A stretch of 64,000 nucleotides of DNA. It comes from Pavona decussata (lineage: Eukaryota). The stretch spans positions 682,001 through 746,000 of the forward strand of contig CDRNST010000382.1 in NCBI GenBank assembly GCA_977016875.1, written 5' to 3'. Positions 1 through 13,395 of this stretch are shown piece after piece. Numbering within the stretch: position 1 is the stretch's first letter; each line of letters starts with the position of its first letter. The position numbers were made by a program, and so were the translations under genes. The notes beneath the pieces are model-generated. The model saw only the letters and a list, made by a program, of their open reading frames with translations. It was not told where the DNA came from and made no database searches.

Positions 1-1533
1 AATTACTGAAAATTGAAGCATGTTGAGGCCTCACAGGCCAAACTGTAAATTAGTTTTCTGTTTTATTTTGTTTATGCGCAAAAGATCTGTAATTAATTGT
101 CAAAGCTTTAAAAGCAAATTGGTATTCGCTACTAACAATTTTCTGTGCGCATCTTTTAAAATGATTGAATTTAATTTTAAAGGGATAAAATGACGTGTTC
201 AAATTAAAATTCTTAAGGTATCAGTATAGCTAAAATATCCGTGTTTATAAAGCGCTACTTTATGCAAGTGCTCGAAGGGAAAGTCCCATCAAATTATAAA
301 ATTATCTGAAATCTTGTTATTTTAGGAATTAAAATGTCTTGAAAATTACCAAGAAATAAAATGCATTATAGAAATAGCTAAAATCAGTGCTTCGTCTTAG
401 GCGCGTAAATGCTTTCTCGCGGCACATGGACTTCAAAAATGGTGCTTGCAATTTCTCAGACGTGGCCTCGTTTTATTTGCTACACCCTTCTAAAGTTTAA
501 AGTTAAAAAAGGCCGTTATTTTCAAACGGGAGCAAAATGAAAAACAAAAGATTCCGACACGGTTTTACGAAGAACTCTTCAAGAACATTCTTGCCAATTG
601 CAACCAATTTGATCGCTGTATGCGCGTTACCGAAATGAAATGCTCATCCCTACATCTAGTTTTAATTTATCAAATAAAAGACTAAATAACCTTTCTTGGT
701 TTGATTTGATTGAGAGTTATACTCCTCTTAAGTTGCAAATAAACCTACTCAATTGACAGATGGAGTTTACGGCAAACGACTCAATCTTTGATAGAAAGAC
801 AGACCTACAAAAACTGTAGAGAAAACCCGCCGTAGTCGATTCCAAGCGACAATTGTAGAATCTACTTTTCCGGGAAGGAACATGATCACGATACCATTTT
901 CATCTAAAAGATCAACATTTTGACCGCTGAAAACTCATTTGTTATATTTATAATTCCTTTTCTTTCGACCTGTTACTTAAATCTGCCTGATGTTCTAAAA
1001 TACTTGATTTGATTTACGACCAGAAATTTTCCATGTCATAGAAGTCATGAAGCAAAGCCGAATAGAGCCAATAAACGAGCTAAGCAATTTCTCACTTTCA
1101 AAGAACTTACCTCAATTCGGAGACAGATTTGCTTCCAAAGTCTTCTCGGCTTTTGCTGCGTCTTCAACAGGCTCTTTTTGAACCCAAGATGGTTGAAATA
1201 CAAGTGTGTACTCATTTTATGATCTCCGGTAGCCATAGTTTCGAGCAGAGCATTCCATCTCATCACTGACATCACACACGGCCCGATCGTTGATTAAATA
1301 TTGCTTCAGGCCAATTTAATACGAACAGAGCCTCGATGGTGGACAATCTTCTGTTACCAAGGGAAGTCGCCAAAAATAGCGAGACTTCACGACGCGACGT
1401 TTTTTAGCTATTATTTTTATATTATTAAATGGCCAAAGTAATTTAACTATCGAAGGCAGAATATAAAGTCCCAATAAACGAGCTAAGCAATTTCTCATTT
1501 TCAAGACCGGTGGACTTACTTTAATTCGGATAC

Positions 1534-2131
1534 CAGGGCTCGAAATAATTTCCGGAGAGTCTCCGGACAAGATGACCGGCCAAATTCATTTTAGCTCGGT
1601 CATGTATCGTTTCTGGCCGGTCAAATTTATAACATAAATAATTTCTAAAACAGGGGCCCATGAAGCAAAACTGGTGTTATATATTTCCAAAAAAAGCCGT
1701 AATGCGTAGAGCTTATAGCACTTTAAAGCACTCATAGTCAACAATAAAAATAAATTACGGCGGCGAAATGAAAATAAGCTTATGTGCATTAGAATAAACT
1801 AACTAATAAATTAACTAATAAAAGTAAAAATATTTAAAGTTTTGTGACTGGAAGTACGTGAACCCAATGTCTGTTTCAATGCACGAATTGTAAACAACGG
1901 TTCAAGTTGCATTTCATCCAGGATTTCAGATCAAAGTTCCACAATACCCAGCGACTCGCTACATACTGGTAACAACTGAAACAACTAAATAACATGGAAA
2001 TTTTTATTTATTTCATCTTCAATGCAATCGAATGTGACCGGTCAACATGACCGGCAAGACAGAAGGTTGACCGGTCAACTCCCCAATCATTACGGACATT
2101 GTCCGTTGACCGGCCGTTATTTCGAGCCCTG
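1534..2131. mobile_element. Non-autonomous TIR DNA transposon (MITE)
   Basis: TIRs CAGGGCTCGAAATAA...TTATTTCGAGCCCTG, flanked by a GATAC direct repeat; internal TGACCGG repeats. Confidence 0.8.
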
Positions 2132-2184
2132 GATACAGATTTTCTTAGAAAGTCGTCTGGCCTTTACGTCTTCAGTGAAGCTAT

Positions 2185-2368
2185 GGGGCTTTTTTTTTTT
2201 GGGACAATCCAAAAGTGGATTTGTGATAACAGATCGATGGGATCATGGTGCATCAAAGGAACCGACGAGTCCTTGTCAAGAGTGGATTCGTCGGTTCCTT
2301 TGATGCACCATGATCAGAATGATTTGAGATCACAAATCCGTTTTTGGATCAACCCAAAAAACTCACCC
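2185..2368. mobile_element. Palindromic MITE (GGG...CCC ends, PIF/Harbinger-like)
   Basis: Fold-back over nearly the whole length: GATCATGGTGCATCAAAGGAACCGACGA / TCGTCGGTTCCTTTGATGCACCATGATC. Confidence 0.7.
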
Positions 2369-2452
2369 TAAGCTTGCACGCCGGAACCCAATATAGTTAA
2401 AATACAAGTGTGTACTTTTAGAGGACTTTTTCCATGTGTACATAGCCTCATC

Positions 2453-2485
<33 letters not shown>

Positions 2486-3125
2486 GTTAGTTATGTAAAC
2501 CCGAGATGCAGGCGAGGGTTTGCATAACTTTCGAACATTCTCCCAACTCCCCGAGGGTTGTCCAATACACCCAATCTGACTCGATTCGTTTATATAAACA
2601 CGGAAACTGATCTCCGATTATTTTTATAAAATATTTTCTTAAAATAATTCGACAAATAAACAGAATTTTTTGAAATTTATTTCTTGATTAAAATAGATTT
2701 TCTCAATACACGCTCTGGACAATCATATTTGCTACTAACCAAGACGCACCTCACAACACATGAACCAATCAAAATTCGCGTTATAAAAGTCCAAATCAAG
2801 TTGAAATTTGTGGCAAGCACCAGCGAGCGCCGTGTAGATGACGGCCATTTGAGCTATGAATCGTCGTAAATCTTGCAGAAAAATACCGAAAGGTCGAAGA
2901 AAACTAGAAAAAATGTTCAAAATATACGATTCTTTGCGAAAGCTTTGAAATGTTTTCAAATTGTGCCGGGAGAAACAGAAAGCGTGACGTCACAACCGTG
3001 TTTACGTACTCTCATCTAAACACACCTATCAACCAATGAGAGCGCGCGTACTATCTTAATTTTTTTTATATTTATTGATCTCTGGTAGCCATAGTTTCGA
3101 ACAGAAACATTCCAAGTCCTCACTG

Positions 3126-3668
3126 ACACCACACAGTCGTTAATTAAAAGTTGCTTGAGGCCAATTTAATAGGAACAAAACTTCACCGGATATACAATCT
3201 TTCGTGAGGTCTACTGTTACTAAGGGACGTCGCGAAAAATAGCGAGTGTTTACGTAACGTCATCTCTTGGCCTTCATATCTATGTTATTAAGAGCCATTG
3301 TCAAAAACACCACACAGTCGTTAATTAAAAGTTGCTTGAGGCCAATTTAATAGGAACAAAACTTCACCGGATATACAATCTTTCGTGAGGTCTACTGTTA
3401 CTAAGGAACGTCGCGAAAAATAGCGAGTGTTTACGTAACGTCATCTCTTGGCCTTCATATTTATGTTATTAAGAGCCATTGTCAAAAACACCACACAGTC
3501 GTTAATTAAAAGTTGCTTGAGGCCAATTTAATAGGAACAAAACTTCACCGGATATACAATCTTTCGTGAGGTCTACTGTTACTAAGGGACGTCGCGAAAA
3601 ATAGCGAGTGTTTACGTAACGTCATCTCTTGGCCTTCATATTTATGTTATTAAGAGCCATTGTCAAAA
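3126..3668. repeat. Tandem repeat, 3 x 181 bp
   Basis: Near-identical units start at 3126, 3307 and 3488; diverged relatives at about 1060-1500. Confidence 0.9.
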
Positions 3669-5200
3669 ACTTTCGAGAATGCGGCGACAGAAGCGAAAAT
3701 TCGAGTTTCTTTTAATTTGCCCCAAAAGACCCTTTTGGTGAACTATTTTCAAAAATAATATTCAAAAGTTCCAGCGAATTTTTATGGTGGCAAAAATTGG
3801 GAAAGTTCGAAATCGGTCAAAACGTGCCCGTTGGCGCGATTGAAATTATGCAAATTAGTAAGTTTTCAAAACTCTCGTTCAAGACAAGGCAACGGTTTCT
3901 CGAGTTGACACTTTCACAATCCCTTGTGCTTGCTTCCAAACTATATGTGATCTCGACCTGAACATTCTTTCATTTGAAGTTGTCCAATGTTAGCTATTCC
4001 TTAGACAGTGATTTTTGCCATATTTTAGATAACCATATCATCGAAGGTATACGAATATACTGGTAATGAAATAACTTTTTTGAAAGGGCAATTGTTTTTA
4101 TTTATCATGTTAAAATATTTAGTTTGGCCCGTGAAAAGCGAGCGCGCTAGGTTGAGATGTGTGGAATGCACTTTGACACAATTCGCCATTTCAGTACTTG
4201 ATGTTCCTCCCGTTACTATGCACGTGTCAATACACTTCACGGAAGCTTTTAGATAAAAGCCAAGGTCTCTGGTTTCATTTCATGCTTTTATACACGTAAA
4301 TAACTAGCTTTTAACTTGAATGCTCTCCATATTAGCATTAAGTTACGAAATGATTCTTTTCAGGTGAAATTTTTGAGTTTATATTGAGCCGTTGAAGAGT
4401 GATAAAAGAGCCGTTCCCAGGGAAATAACTTGAAATCAGTGAAATTAATACCTTGTCTCTCAAATCATGTTACACTTCCAAACTACTGTTATTTTTAAGC
4501 TAGAAAGTGTAAATGCTCCCTTTTTACGTGACCTAAAACAGGATTTGCCTACAATATAACGAATAAAGTCCACCGCAAGAAAAAAACTGAAAAAATCGCG
4601 CACCGACGTAAATGTAAACATCAGCCGTTGCTCGACTTGCTACTTGGATGAAACGCGTCCGTTGTTTTACCTCTGTGTACATTTATGATCAGCACGTAGA
4701 AACAAACAATGTTCTCAATGCCCATCCGTATAAATGCTCTGACTAATCAGGTTTTGTTTTTCTGTGTGTTTGTCGAAAATAATGAGGAATAGTGCAACAT
4801 TGTTACTGACTACTTGACTCATTCAATCACAACCGAATAACACGAGTGAAATCCAGATATAAAGAAATGGTTTTACTTGTCGGAAATCGTTACTCATATT
4901 ATATCTGGCGATATCACATCCCCGGGGCAAGGCTGAAAATTGTCTCAAATTCCGCATATTAGAGATTCAACGATTCGAACAACGCGAATAACCTTCATGT
5001 GATACACAAGCGCGCGAAAAGCACAGGAATAAACAATGACAATATTTGCGCCTGTGATGACAGTGCGAAATACAAGATAAAAATTGCGGCAAGTCAAGGT
5101 CTGCAAGGTATATTTAATGGACTGAAACGATAATCATGTAGTTTTCCTCCTCCGAGGAGAGACAATTTAGACTTGAACGGCGACTTGTATCGGGGACATT

Positions 5201-6370
5201 AGAGACTTTAAGCATCGACGACGGGAACGGCAACGTGAGGAGAGGACGCGGTTGCGTCGCGAAATTGGAAACAGTTAAGCAGGCGCAATACGACGACAGC
5301 TTCCCTCGAAGAGGATTAAATAGGATGGGCGCTTTCCATTCACCAAAAATTTTCGATTTGAATTTTCGGAAATTTCGGTCTCGAATGGAACGGGCTTATT
5401 CTCGGTCGGTTTCCACTTTTCGGGAACAGCTGAAAAGGTTGTCCTAAATTGTCGAAAATCTTTTCCGGAAAAGATGCTGTTCCGTTCGATTCCCACCCGA
5501 AATTTTCGAAAATTTCGTCGAATTGAAAGCACCCATCAAGTTTTCGTTAAAAGAAGTCAGAAATCGATTTTAATAATGAAATAACCGATGGAGAATTTTT
5601 ACTGCTATTAACGAGAACGTGTTTGTCGGAGTTGCAGTTCTCCGATGTAAACAATTCAGACCATTTGATATATTTTTAGATCGTAATAAAAATCACCGAT
5701 ATAACTAGAAATAGCGACTAGATTAACATTAATTTACTTCAAATGTTCTGCATCGAAGGCTGGGATTTCAAGAAACACTTTAGCAGTGCGAGCACGCGTG
5801 AGAATTTCGTTATCTTTACATCTACAAATTTGAACTGAAAACTACGATATGACACAGTGGTTTGTGGTTTGGATGCTATTTTGAGCAACATAGACTGTTT
5901 ATTTTTCTCCAGCTTAAATGTAAATTAAAAGTTCTAGTGTGTCTTGTTTTGAATAAGAAAAAGTAATGTTACACTGATGTTAGAGAAAAACATCGATGAT
6001 TAGTGTCAGACTCGCAAGTCATTTCTAATTTTGCAGGCATCGTCACTAGCTTTCTGTTTTGAAACAGCCGACTGATGAAGTTATTATAGTTTCCGAAAAA
6101 ATAAAACAAAAACTCAACGCGTACTTTACCTGCAGTATCCTTAAGTGCCAAGCAATATTAAAAATATCATTTTTTCGGGGCGAAACGAAGGTAAAATATG
6201 TGAAATGTTACTCACGTTTTCGGGCAACGCTAAACGAAGCTTTCTCACGTCGGGCCCCGGAACAGAACGTCTGGATATTTCCCGCCAGACATGCGCAATG
6301 TGACATTTGGGTTCTCCCTCACAATCTCACGTCGCCGTTGCCGTTCCCGTCGTCGATGCTTAAAGTCCCT
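5201..6370. mobile_element. MITE (Harbinger-like) with a nested second MITE at 5327-5534
   Basis: TIR AG(A/G)GACTTTAAGCATCGACGACGGGAACGGCAACG with 3-bp ATT TSD; the nested element runs GGGCGCTTTCCATT...AATTGAAAGCACCC. Confidence 0.8.
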
Positions 6371-8312
6371 ATTAGCTTGAGAGCACTCGCTCGCTAGCAA
6401 GACAGAGCTCCTCACAACTCTTACTCTTAGTTACAGGAATCTAGTCAACTGGAACTCGACGAACAGCAGAGAACAGACAATTTTCTTCACTCCAGCATAG
6501 GTTTATTCAACACTGCGTTTTTCACCGATGTACAAATGTACGCCTATTGCTTAAATAGCTACAGAGTACAATGAGGTAAAGTACTGTTTTTGTTTAAAAT
6601 ACTTGCATGTTGTAATCGCACAAGGGTACAAGAGACAAAATCATTTACGAATATATTATTTTCACTTGCATTTAATTGTTACAGGTTCCATATTAAGAGA
6701 GTACTTTCTGGACTATATCCGTAACAAAGGAAACTGAACTTTGATTGCGGAAACTGAGCGTACATCAAAAGAATTACCTGAGTCGTAAAATTACAGGACA
6801 AAGATTAGAGACTCGCGTGATCGAGCAAAGTACATAAGCAACGTACAATGTACCCTTACACGTGTACAAGCCACATGTTGAACTGGAATAAATTTAAGTA
6901 AGAACTCGTTGTTTGAAAACTCTATGCTGGTTTGAAATGAAAGCGAAGGATTATAAGTAAAAGCACATGAGATAAACACCTAAATATGCCTCAGCAAAAG
7001 CGAAAACAAGTAAAATAACGAATGGTAACTACATTCTTTAACGAGACTGAGAAAGTTCATTTCCTGTGCCGTCACTTTGCGCGCGTGATCTGGGTTAAAA
7101 AGTAGGACTGCCTGCAGTCTATTTTTTATTGTCGTTGCTTGTTTTTGAGTTTGTTCTCAGGGTGAAGAGATCTACATTTCCTTCCTGGATTTGTTGGAGA
7201 GAAATGGCATTCGAGCATTCGCATGTTGGCTTTCCCGGTCGGTTTCCCAGGAGTTGAGCCACTTGGTTTACACCGGATCTCTTCATAGATTCTTTATTAG
7301 TTCATCGGCTTCCAGTGGAAAAACCATAAGGGGTAGAACCGGGTAGACTCGAAAATTCTAGGGTAGAAAGTATAAGCTATCTTAGCAAGCCAAAACCGTG
7401 GCCAAACCCGAAAACAGTAAGTAGCTTTAGCCTCCAGAAAAGCAGTAACGAGTCAACGATCAAAACAACATGGCAGCAGGCGCGAGGTCGCCACCTTCGA
7501 AATGGCTACAAACGCGAACAAACCCTTCAGCTTAAAAAGTAACCAAACAGGCATTTAGCCAATGTGTTCCTCTAACTTTAACACAAATTTCAACCAGAAA
7601 AAAATATCACAAACTTTGTAAACGATGAAATTTTTGACAGGCTGACCTCTTCAGACGAAGCGGAAGCGAAGACTACTGATCGCTGAATAACGCATTCTGA
7701 TTATTCGAATGTCGTGACGCACACCACCTGATCTGCCTCAGTTTTTTTTATTTTTTTTTTTATTTTTTTTCCCTCAGTTTGATGCTTCAAGATTAACGTA
7801 TCGGGTTTTTGGCATATTCTACAAATTGACCGTACGGATTAGTACGAGAGGGGGGATTTTCGCCGTTTTACTGATATACTGTAAACAAGAAATTTTCTTG
7901 AGTTTTCGCGAAAACATTGAATTGAACCCGGATGGCGGGTGAACCGATTTTCTGAAGAATTCTGAAAATAAAGCCAATTGGCGGCAACAGTATAACGTAG
8001 TGGTGAGTTTTAATTCATAAGTAGTGACGGAAACTTGTTAACGCTTACTTAGCGGTAAAACAGTCCACAACAAAATTAAGCCACTTCCGAATTGAATCAT
8101 GGCGTGAGTAGCATGACGATGTCGCAGACCTATTCGTCATATTATCCGTGAACTCTCATTTTATACGTAGTATTGTACCTTGCCCGCATCCCGTATTCAG
8201 TACTTATTCCCTCGTTTTACACCCAGTCCATAGTCCGCAGTCCCTTGTCCATCCATTTGTATCCATATTTTATTTTTATCGATACCGCCGCGGGGGACCG
8301 TGTTTAAACTAA

Positions 8313-8322
8313 GCGGAGTCAT
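8313..8322 (-). promoter_or_regulatory. Antioxidant response element (ATGACTCCGC) of exon-1 cassette V1
   Basis: Matches RTGACnnnGC; same position in all six + strand exon-1 copies. Confidence 0.55.
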
Positions 8323-8393
8323 AGCTCGTTGTCACACTGAGGCAGTCGAGGTGTGAGAAGGGTGTTTCAAAGTGTTTCAAATCTTCAGCCAAA

Positions 8394-8526
8394 ATGTCGG
8401 GTTACAAGCTCTACTACTTTCGTGTCCGCGCTTTAGGAGAAATATGCCGACTGTCTTTCTCGGCGGCGAAGGTGGATTTCGAAGATATCCGACTGAGCGG
8501 CGATGAATGGGCGAAGGAGAAGGCAT
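8394..8526 (+). CDS. GSTS: Sigma-class GST exon 1, cassette V1 (no own downstream exons)
   Basis: MSGYKLYYFRVRALGEICRLSFSAAKVDFEDIRLSGDEWAKEKA; AAAATG context, Tyr8 and Trp39 present, GTGAGT donor, 133 nt, phase 1. Confidence 0.85.
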
Positions 8527-10027
8527 GTGAGTAAATGGGGAAATATATGGCTAGAAACTAGCGATGTTCTTTAAGGTTTTCTTTAACTTCATCCCTGCAC
8601 TGACCATTGCAGGAGCTCAAATTGTGCAAATTATAAAGAATTGAGCGTTTTCTCTCTGTATATCCCAAGATATATAGAGAGAAAATCAATGGAACTAAAA
8701 CTCACTAAAATCGCGCTCAATCGCTCCAAAAACCACATTTGAGAAAGGACAACAGACAAGGGAGTTCGGGTAGGGATATTTTTATTGAAAATTGACTGGT
8801 TGTTTTAAATTGAAGTAGGAATCGTTTTTTTTTTTTTCCCCCATACAATTGCAAATCCTTATAATTTCGCCGTTACGCAATGCTCGCCGTGACGCTCAAA
8901 TTACAACACTCACGCAAAGGTCACGGCCTATATCTCTCATAGAGCTTGCGGTACCTGTGATAATAATTAAGCTATCCAGCCTTGTATGTCACGCAATGGA
9001 AACCTCATATTAGCTATATATTGGGCGTAAGCGGTCGAACAAAAATGGTTAGTGAGCTTAGATGTTAGATGTCACGTAGAGATGAAGTAAATTTTATTTA
9101 AGGAGCGCTTAGCCCTTTGTCGTCATTCTCATTCCATCCTTTAAAAGCAGTAATTTAAATTGACTGTACGGGCAAAGAAAGAGAATTATCTAGATTATGT
9201 ACTTTATTTCTGAAAACGTCTGAAGTCTTTAATAGTGACCTTAATGTGAGCTCGAGGGGGTATAAGAGCTCTTCTGGATCGGCTACGTATACATTTTTAG
9301 CTAGTGAAACACGTCATGTAAAAACGTTGTTTTCAGGATCAGAGTTTAACAAGAGGTTTATGACCGTATGTTGGAAGTGTTTTTCAACTTAGGCTACTTG
9401 CGAATTTCACCGCGTGATTAGACCTATTCGTCATATCATCCCCAATGTGTTATCCGTTATCCTTATGTCATACGCAGTCCGGGTATTTTACGCATTAGTC
9501 AATTGAATACCCCGGCCTCCCAACCCCCGGGACATAGCGGGGTATTTAACATTGGCTCGGTGTTAAAAAACCGATAATTTTCCAGTGTCAGGGGTCAAGT
9601 AGACTGCTAAATCCCGGCTTTGGCGGCGTGGAATTCACGCTATGTCCGGGGTGCTATGCTAGGGGGTGCTATGCTAGGGGCCGGGGTGGGGGGGGGGGGG
9701 GGTTAATTCCACAGTTTGACCGTACGGGTTAGGAGAAGAAGAGGGCGGGGGGGGGGGGGGATTTTCACCGTTTGGCCTTTTTACCGACATAAGTAACATG
9801 AAATTTTCTTGAGTTTTCACGAAAACATTGAAACTAGCCCGGATGGCGGGGAAACCGATTTTCTGAAGAATTCTGAAAATAAAGCAAATGGCGGTAACAG
9901 TATTAGGTGGTGGTGAATTTTAATTCATAAGTGATGACGGAAACTTGTTAACTCTTAAAGCGGTAAAACAGTCCAAAACAAAATTAAGCTACTTCCGGCT
10001 TAATTCACGCCTCGACTAACACGATGG

Positions 10028-10867
10028 TATGGCGTTGTATCCCCGCCAAAATGCAACTTCTTCTTTTCAACTTTTAGCTCGCATTTTATTTTTGCCGTCC
10101 GAGATTCTTCACTGGAGTTTCACAATGCGCAATTCTACTTCTTCTTTTCAGATTCTAGGTTACATTTTATCGTCTACATAAGAGTTTCACGTTGCGACAT
10201 TGTAAGTTTCGCGATAAGACAGCGCCATTCCTGTTACACATTTTCAGTTCAACGACCGTCATTCGATAGGCTAGTTTAGTCATTTTATAATTATGCAAGT
10301 TTCAACTTTCATCTTTCGACACGCGCGCATGAATGATTAATGATGAACTGTTCCAAAGAGAAACTGCCGTACTTGTGCGGGGGCAAATCTATCCCAAGGG
10401 GGGCCCCCCCTGGGAAATCAATATGGCGGAGAACGATCGTGAGTACATACGTCAAGCTCACATCACAATCTATCATGCATCCATGGCCTTAGAAAACATA
10501 ACGAATCCATTTGAAATCGATGGATTAGTTTTCAGACTTGACCATCTTTTGCGCACCTTAGTAAACTAGGGCATCCCGCGAACAGATGAAATCATCCAAC
10601 AGCTTGGCTAAATAACCAAACTAGCATATCGAATGACGGTCGTTGAACTAAAAATGGGTAACTGGAATGGCGCTGTCTTATCGCGAAACTTACAATGTCG
10701 CATTGTGAAACTCTTATGTAGAAGATAAGATGTAAGCTAGAATCTGAAAAGAAGAAGTAGACTTTCGCATAGTTAACCTACAATGTAGAATCTCGGACGG
10801 CAAAGATAAAATGCGAGATAGAAGTTGAAAAGAGGAAGTTGAATTTTGGCAGGGATATAATGCCATA
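10028..10867. mobile_element. IS3EU-like non-autonomous element with about 250-bp TIRs
   Basis: TATGGC...GCCATA termini, imperfect 6-bp TSD CGATGG/CGATGA, short internal ORF remnant (MAENDREYIRQ...). Confidence 0.7.
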
Positions 10868-11095
10868 CGATGATGCCACAAACCTATTCGTCATACCATC
10901 GCCAGGGTGTTATCAGTGACCCTCATTTTGTACGTTGTCCGTGTATTATACCTAGACCGCAGCCCGTATTCAATAGTTATTACCGCGTTTTATACCCAGT
11001 CCGCAGTCCCTTGTCCATCCTTTCGTGTCTACCTTTCTTTTTTCGATACCGTCGCGAGGGACTGGGTTTGATTGATTCTCTATGACCCTTGAAAA

Positions 11096-11105
11096 GCTGA
11101 GTCAT
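11096..11105 (-). promoter_or_regulatory. ARE/AP-1 (ATGACTCAGC) of cassette V2
   Basis: GCTGAGTCAT about 50 nt upstream of the ATG, preceded by TGACCCTTG. Confidence 0.65.
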
Positions 11106-11155
11106 AGCTCGTTGTCACACTGGGGAAACCAAAGTGTTCCAAACCTTCAACGAAA

Positions 11156-11288
11156 ATGTCGGGTTACAAGCTCCACTACTTTCATGTTCGCGCTTTAGGA
11201 GAAATTTGCAGACTGTCTCTCTCGGCGGCGAAGGTGGATTTCGAAGATATCCGACTGAGCGGCGATGAATGGGCGAAGGAGAAGGCAT
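11156..11288 (+). CDS. GSTS: Sigma-class GST exon 1, cassette V2
   Basis: MSGYKLHYFHVRALGEICRLSLSAAKVDFEDIRLSGDEWAKEKA; GTGAGT donor, 133 nt. Confidence 0.85.
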
Positions 11289-11447
11289 GTGAGTAAATGG
11301 GGAAATATATGGCTAGAAACTAGCGATGTTCTTTAAGCTTTTCTTTGATTTCATCCCTGCACTGACTATTGCAGGAGCTCAAATTGTAAAAAATATAAAG
11401 AACTCCTTTGCGGAAAAGTATGTTACGCTGAGTCGCAAAGCATTTTC

Positions 11448-11840
11448 CAGGGGCACCCAACGGATCGTTTCGGTAAATTATCTGCTCGGAAGGCCCTAAT
11501 AATCCCCTATGTACAATTTTCTAAAGGAAATTTTAACCACGAACTTTCGTGATTTGGCAAATTTAAGGCCTAGTGTTTTCGGATGGATAAAAATGTTGTT
11601 TCGGGTACCGAAAAAAGGTCAGCTAAGATTTTCGGAAAGGAAATAAGACCTAAGGTTTTCGGGAAATGGACAAAAATGCCCAACTATTTTCGAAAAGACT
11701 CAAGTTCCCATTGAATGGCCGAACAGATAAAAATATTATAGCGCTGCCTAAAATGAACCAATAGAGCTTTAAAACCATTTCAGATCGCCTAATAGAACGT
11801 TTCAAAGGATCTAAGAGAAAATTGTCGTCGGGTGCCCCTG
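11448..11840. mobile_element. MITE in the V2 intron
   Basis: TIR CAGGGGCACCC...GGGTGCCCCTG, 6-bp TSD ATTTTC; empty site in the V3 paralogous intron (about 13690). Confidence 0.85.
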
Positions 11841-12691
11841 ATTTTCCTAAACTGTTGATGAAATTCAACAATATGAGGTAGTTGTCGTGACACAGCAGTT
11901 TAGTGAGGTTACAATACTAGGCTGATTAATTCATGACTTAACTCTCCATAATCGGTTTTTAATCGCACATTCCCAATTTACTTCAAGCTAAATTTGAACA
12001 TTTTTTTCTTTCAGTTAACGTTTTATATAGATCTATCCATCGATTAAAATATAATTATGACCTACGGGAAATCTACATTGTACTGAGCTTCTGTACGGAA
12101 CGCAGCTTTTGTGCGGACACTAACGGCAACTTGTGGTTCACTTAGCTTTTTGGTGATTAAATCACATGTCAAGTTATGCGGAACCAATTAAGCTTTATAG
12201 CGGATCATGTTAAGATTCACCCAGCCGCACGTGCACGCGCATTGTGTTTAGGAAAAAATAAATGAATGAGGCGGTAAGGATCGGTTAGTCCTGCTTCGCC
12301 TTACCTACATTGGTTTTCTATTGTGTGAACATTTCTTATTTACTCGTAATATTTGGATAGTTATCGATGTTTTCGTGTTTCTCGGTTGGGTAAAGTCATT
12401 TTATTCCGTGTTTTTTTTTTGGTTCGCTGTTTTGCATAGTATGTCCATTGTGCATAATAATTAGCTCTCCAGCTTTGTGTCACGCAATGAACACCTCATA
12501 TTAGCCATGGGCGTAAGCGGTCGAACAAAAATGCTTAGTCAGCCTTACATGTTAGATGACACGTAGAGATGAAGTAAACTTTATTTAACGAGCGCTAGCC
12601 CTTTCTACCCTTTGTCGTCATTCTTATTCAATCCTTAAATTGTGTTTTGTATTGTAATATTCAAGAAAATGAAGTCAGTTCCGGAGTCAAT

Positions 12692-12834
12692 NNNNNNNNN
12701 NNNNNNNNNNNNNNNNNNNNNNNNNNNNNNNNNNNNNNNNNNNNNNNNNNNNNNNNNNNNNNNNNNNNNNNNNNNNNNNNNNNNNNNNNNNNNNNNNNNN
12801 NNNNNNNNNNNNNNNNNNNNNNNNNNNNNNNNNN
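12692..12834. other. Assembly gap (143 N)
   Basis: Run of N. Confidence 1.
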
Positions 12835-13251
12835 TTAAAAAAAAATCTAGATCATGTTTTACATCTCCGGAAACGTCTGGAGTCTTCAATACTTACCAGC
12901 CAAATACGAAGAGGCATCAGATCTCTTCTGTCAGCTATGTATGTTTCGTGCAATCACGTCATGTAAAAAACGTTGTTTCTAGGATTAGTGTCTAACCAGT
13001 GGTTTATTTCCGTATGTTCGAAGCGATCTTCTACTTAAAATTGGAAAAAATGAAAACGTTAAGCTACTTCCGAATTATCATCCCAGCGTGTTATCCGTGA
13101 CCCTCATTTTGTTGTACCAAGCCCGCAGCCCGTATTCAATAGTTATTACCGCCTTTTACACCCAGTCCATAGTCCGCAGTCCGTTGTCCATCATTTCGTA
13201 TCAATATTTTCTTTGTATTGATACCGTCGCGGGGGTCGAGTTTAAATTGAT

Positions 13252-13345
13252 TTTCTATGACCTTTGAAAGAGCTAAGTCATTGTTGGTTGGCACATTAAT
13301 TCTCTATGACCCTTGAAAAAGCTAAGTCATTGTTAGTTGGCACGT
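13252..13345. promoter_or_regulatory. Tandemly duplicated promoter module (TGACC(T/C)TTG + ARE GCTAAGTCAT x2) of cassette V3
   Basis: Unit of about 49 bp repeated; AREs at 13272-13281 and 13321-13330. Confidence 0.65.
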
Positions 13346-13395
13346 ACACTGAGGCAGTCGAGGTGTAAGAAGGGTGTTTATACTCTTCAGCGAAA

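Noticed and set aside
5187-7035. Solo LTR around the 5201-6370 MITE
   Set aside because: A TGT start and a reverse AATAAA are present, but I could not identify a matching end or TSD.
12635-12995. ORFs spanning the N run
   Set aside because: Artefacts of the assembly gap.
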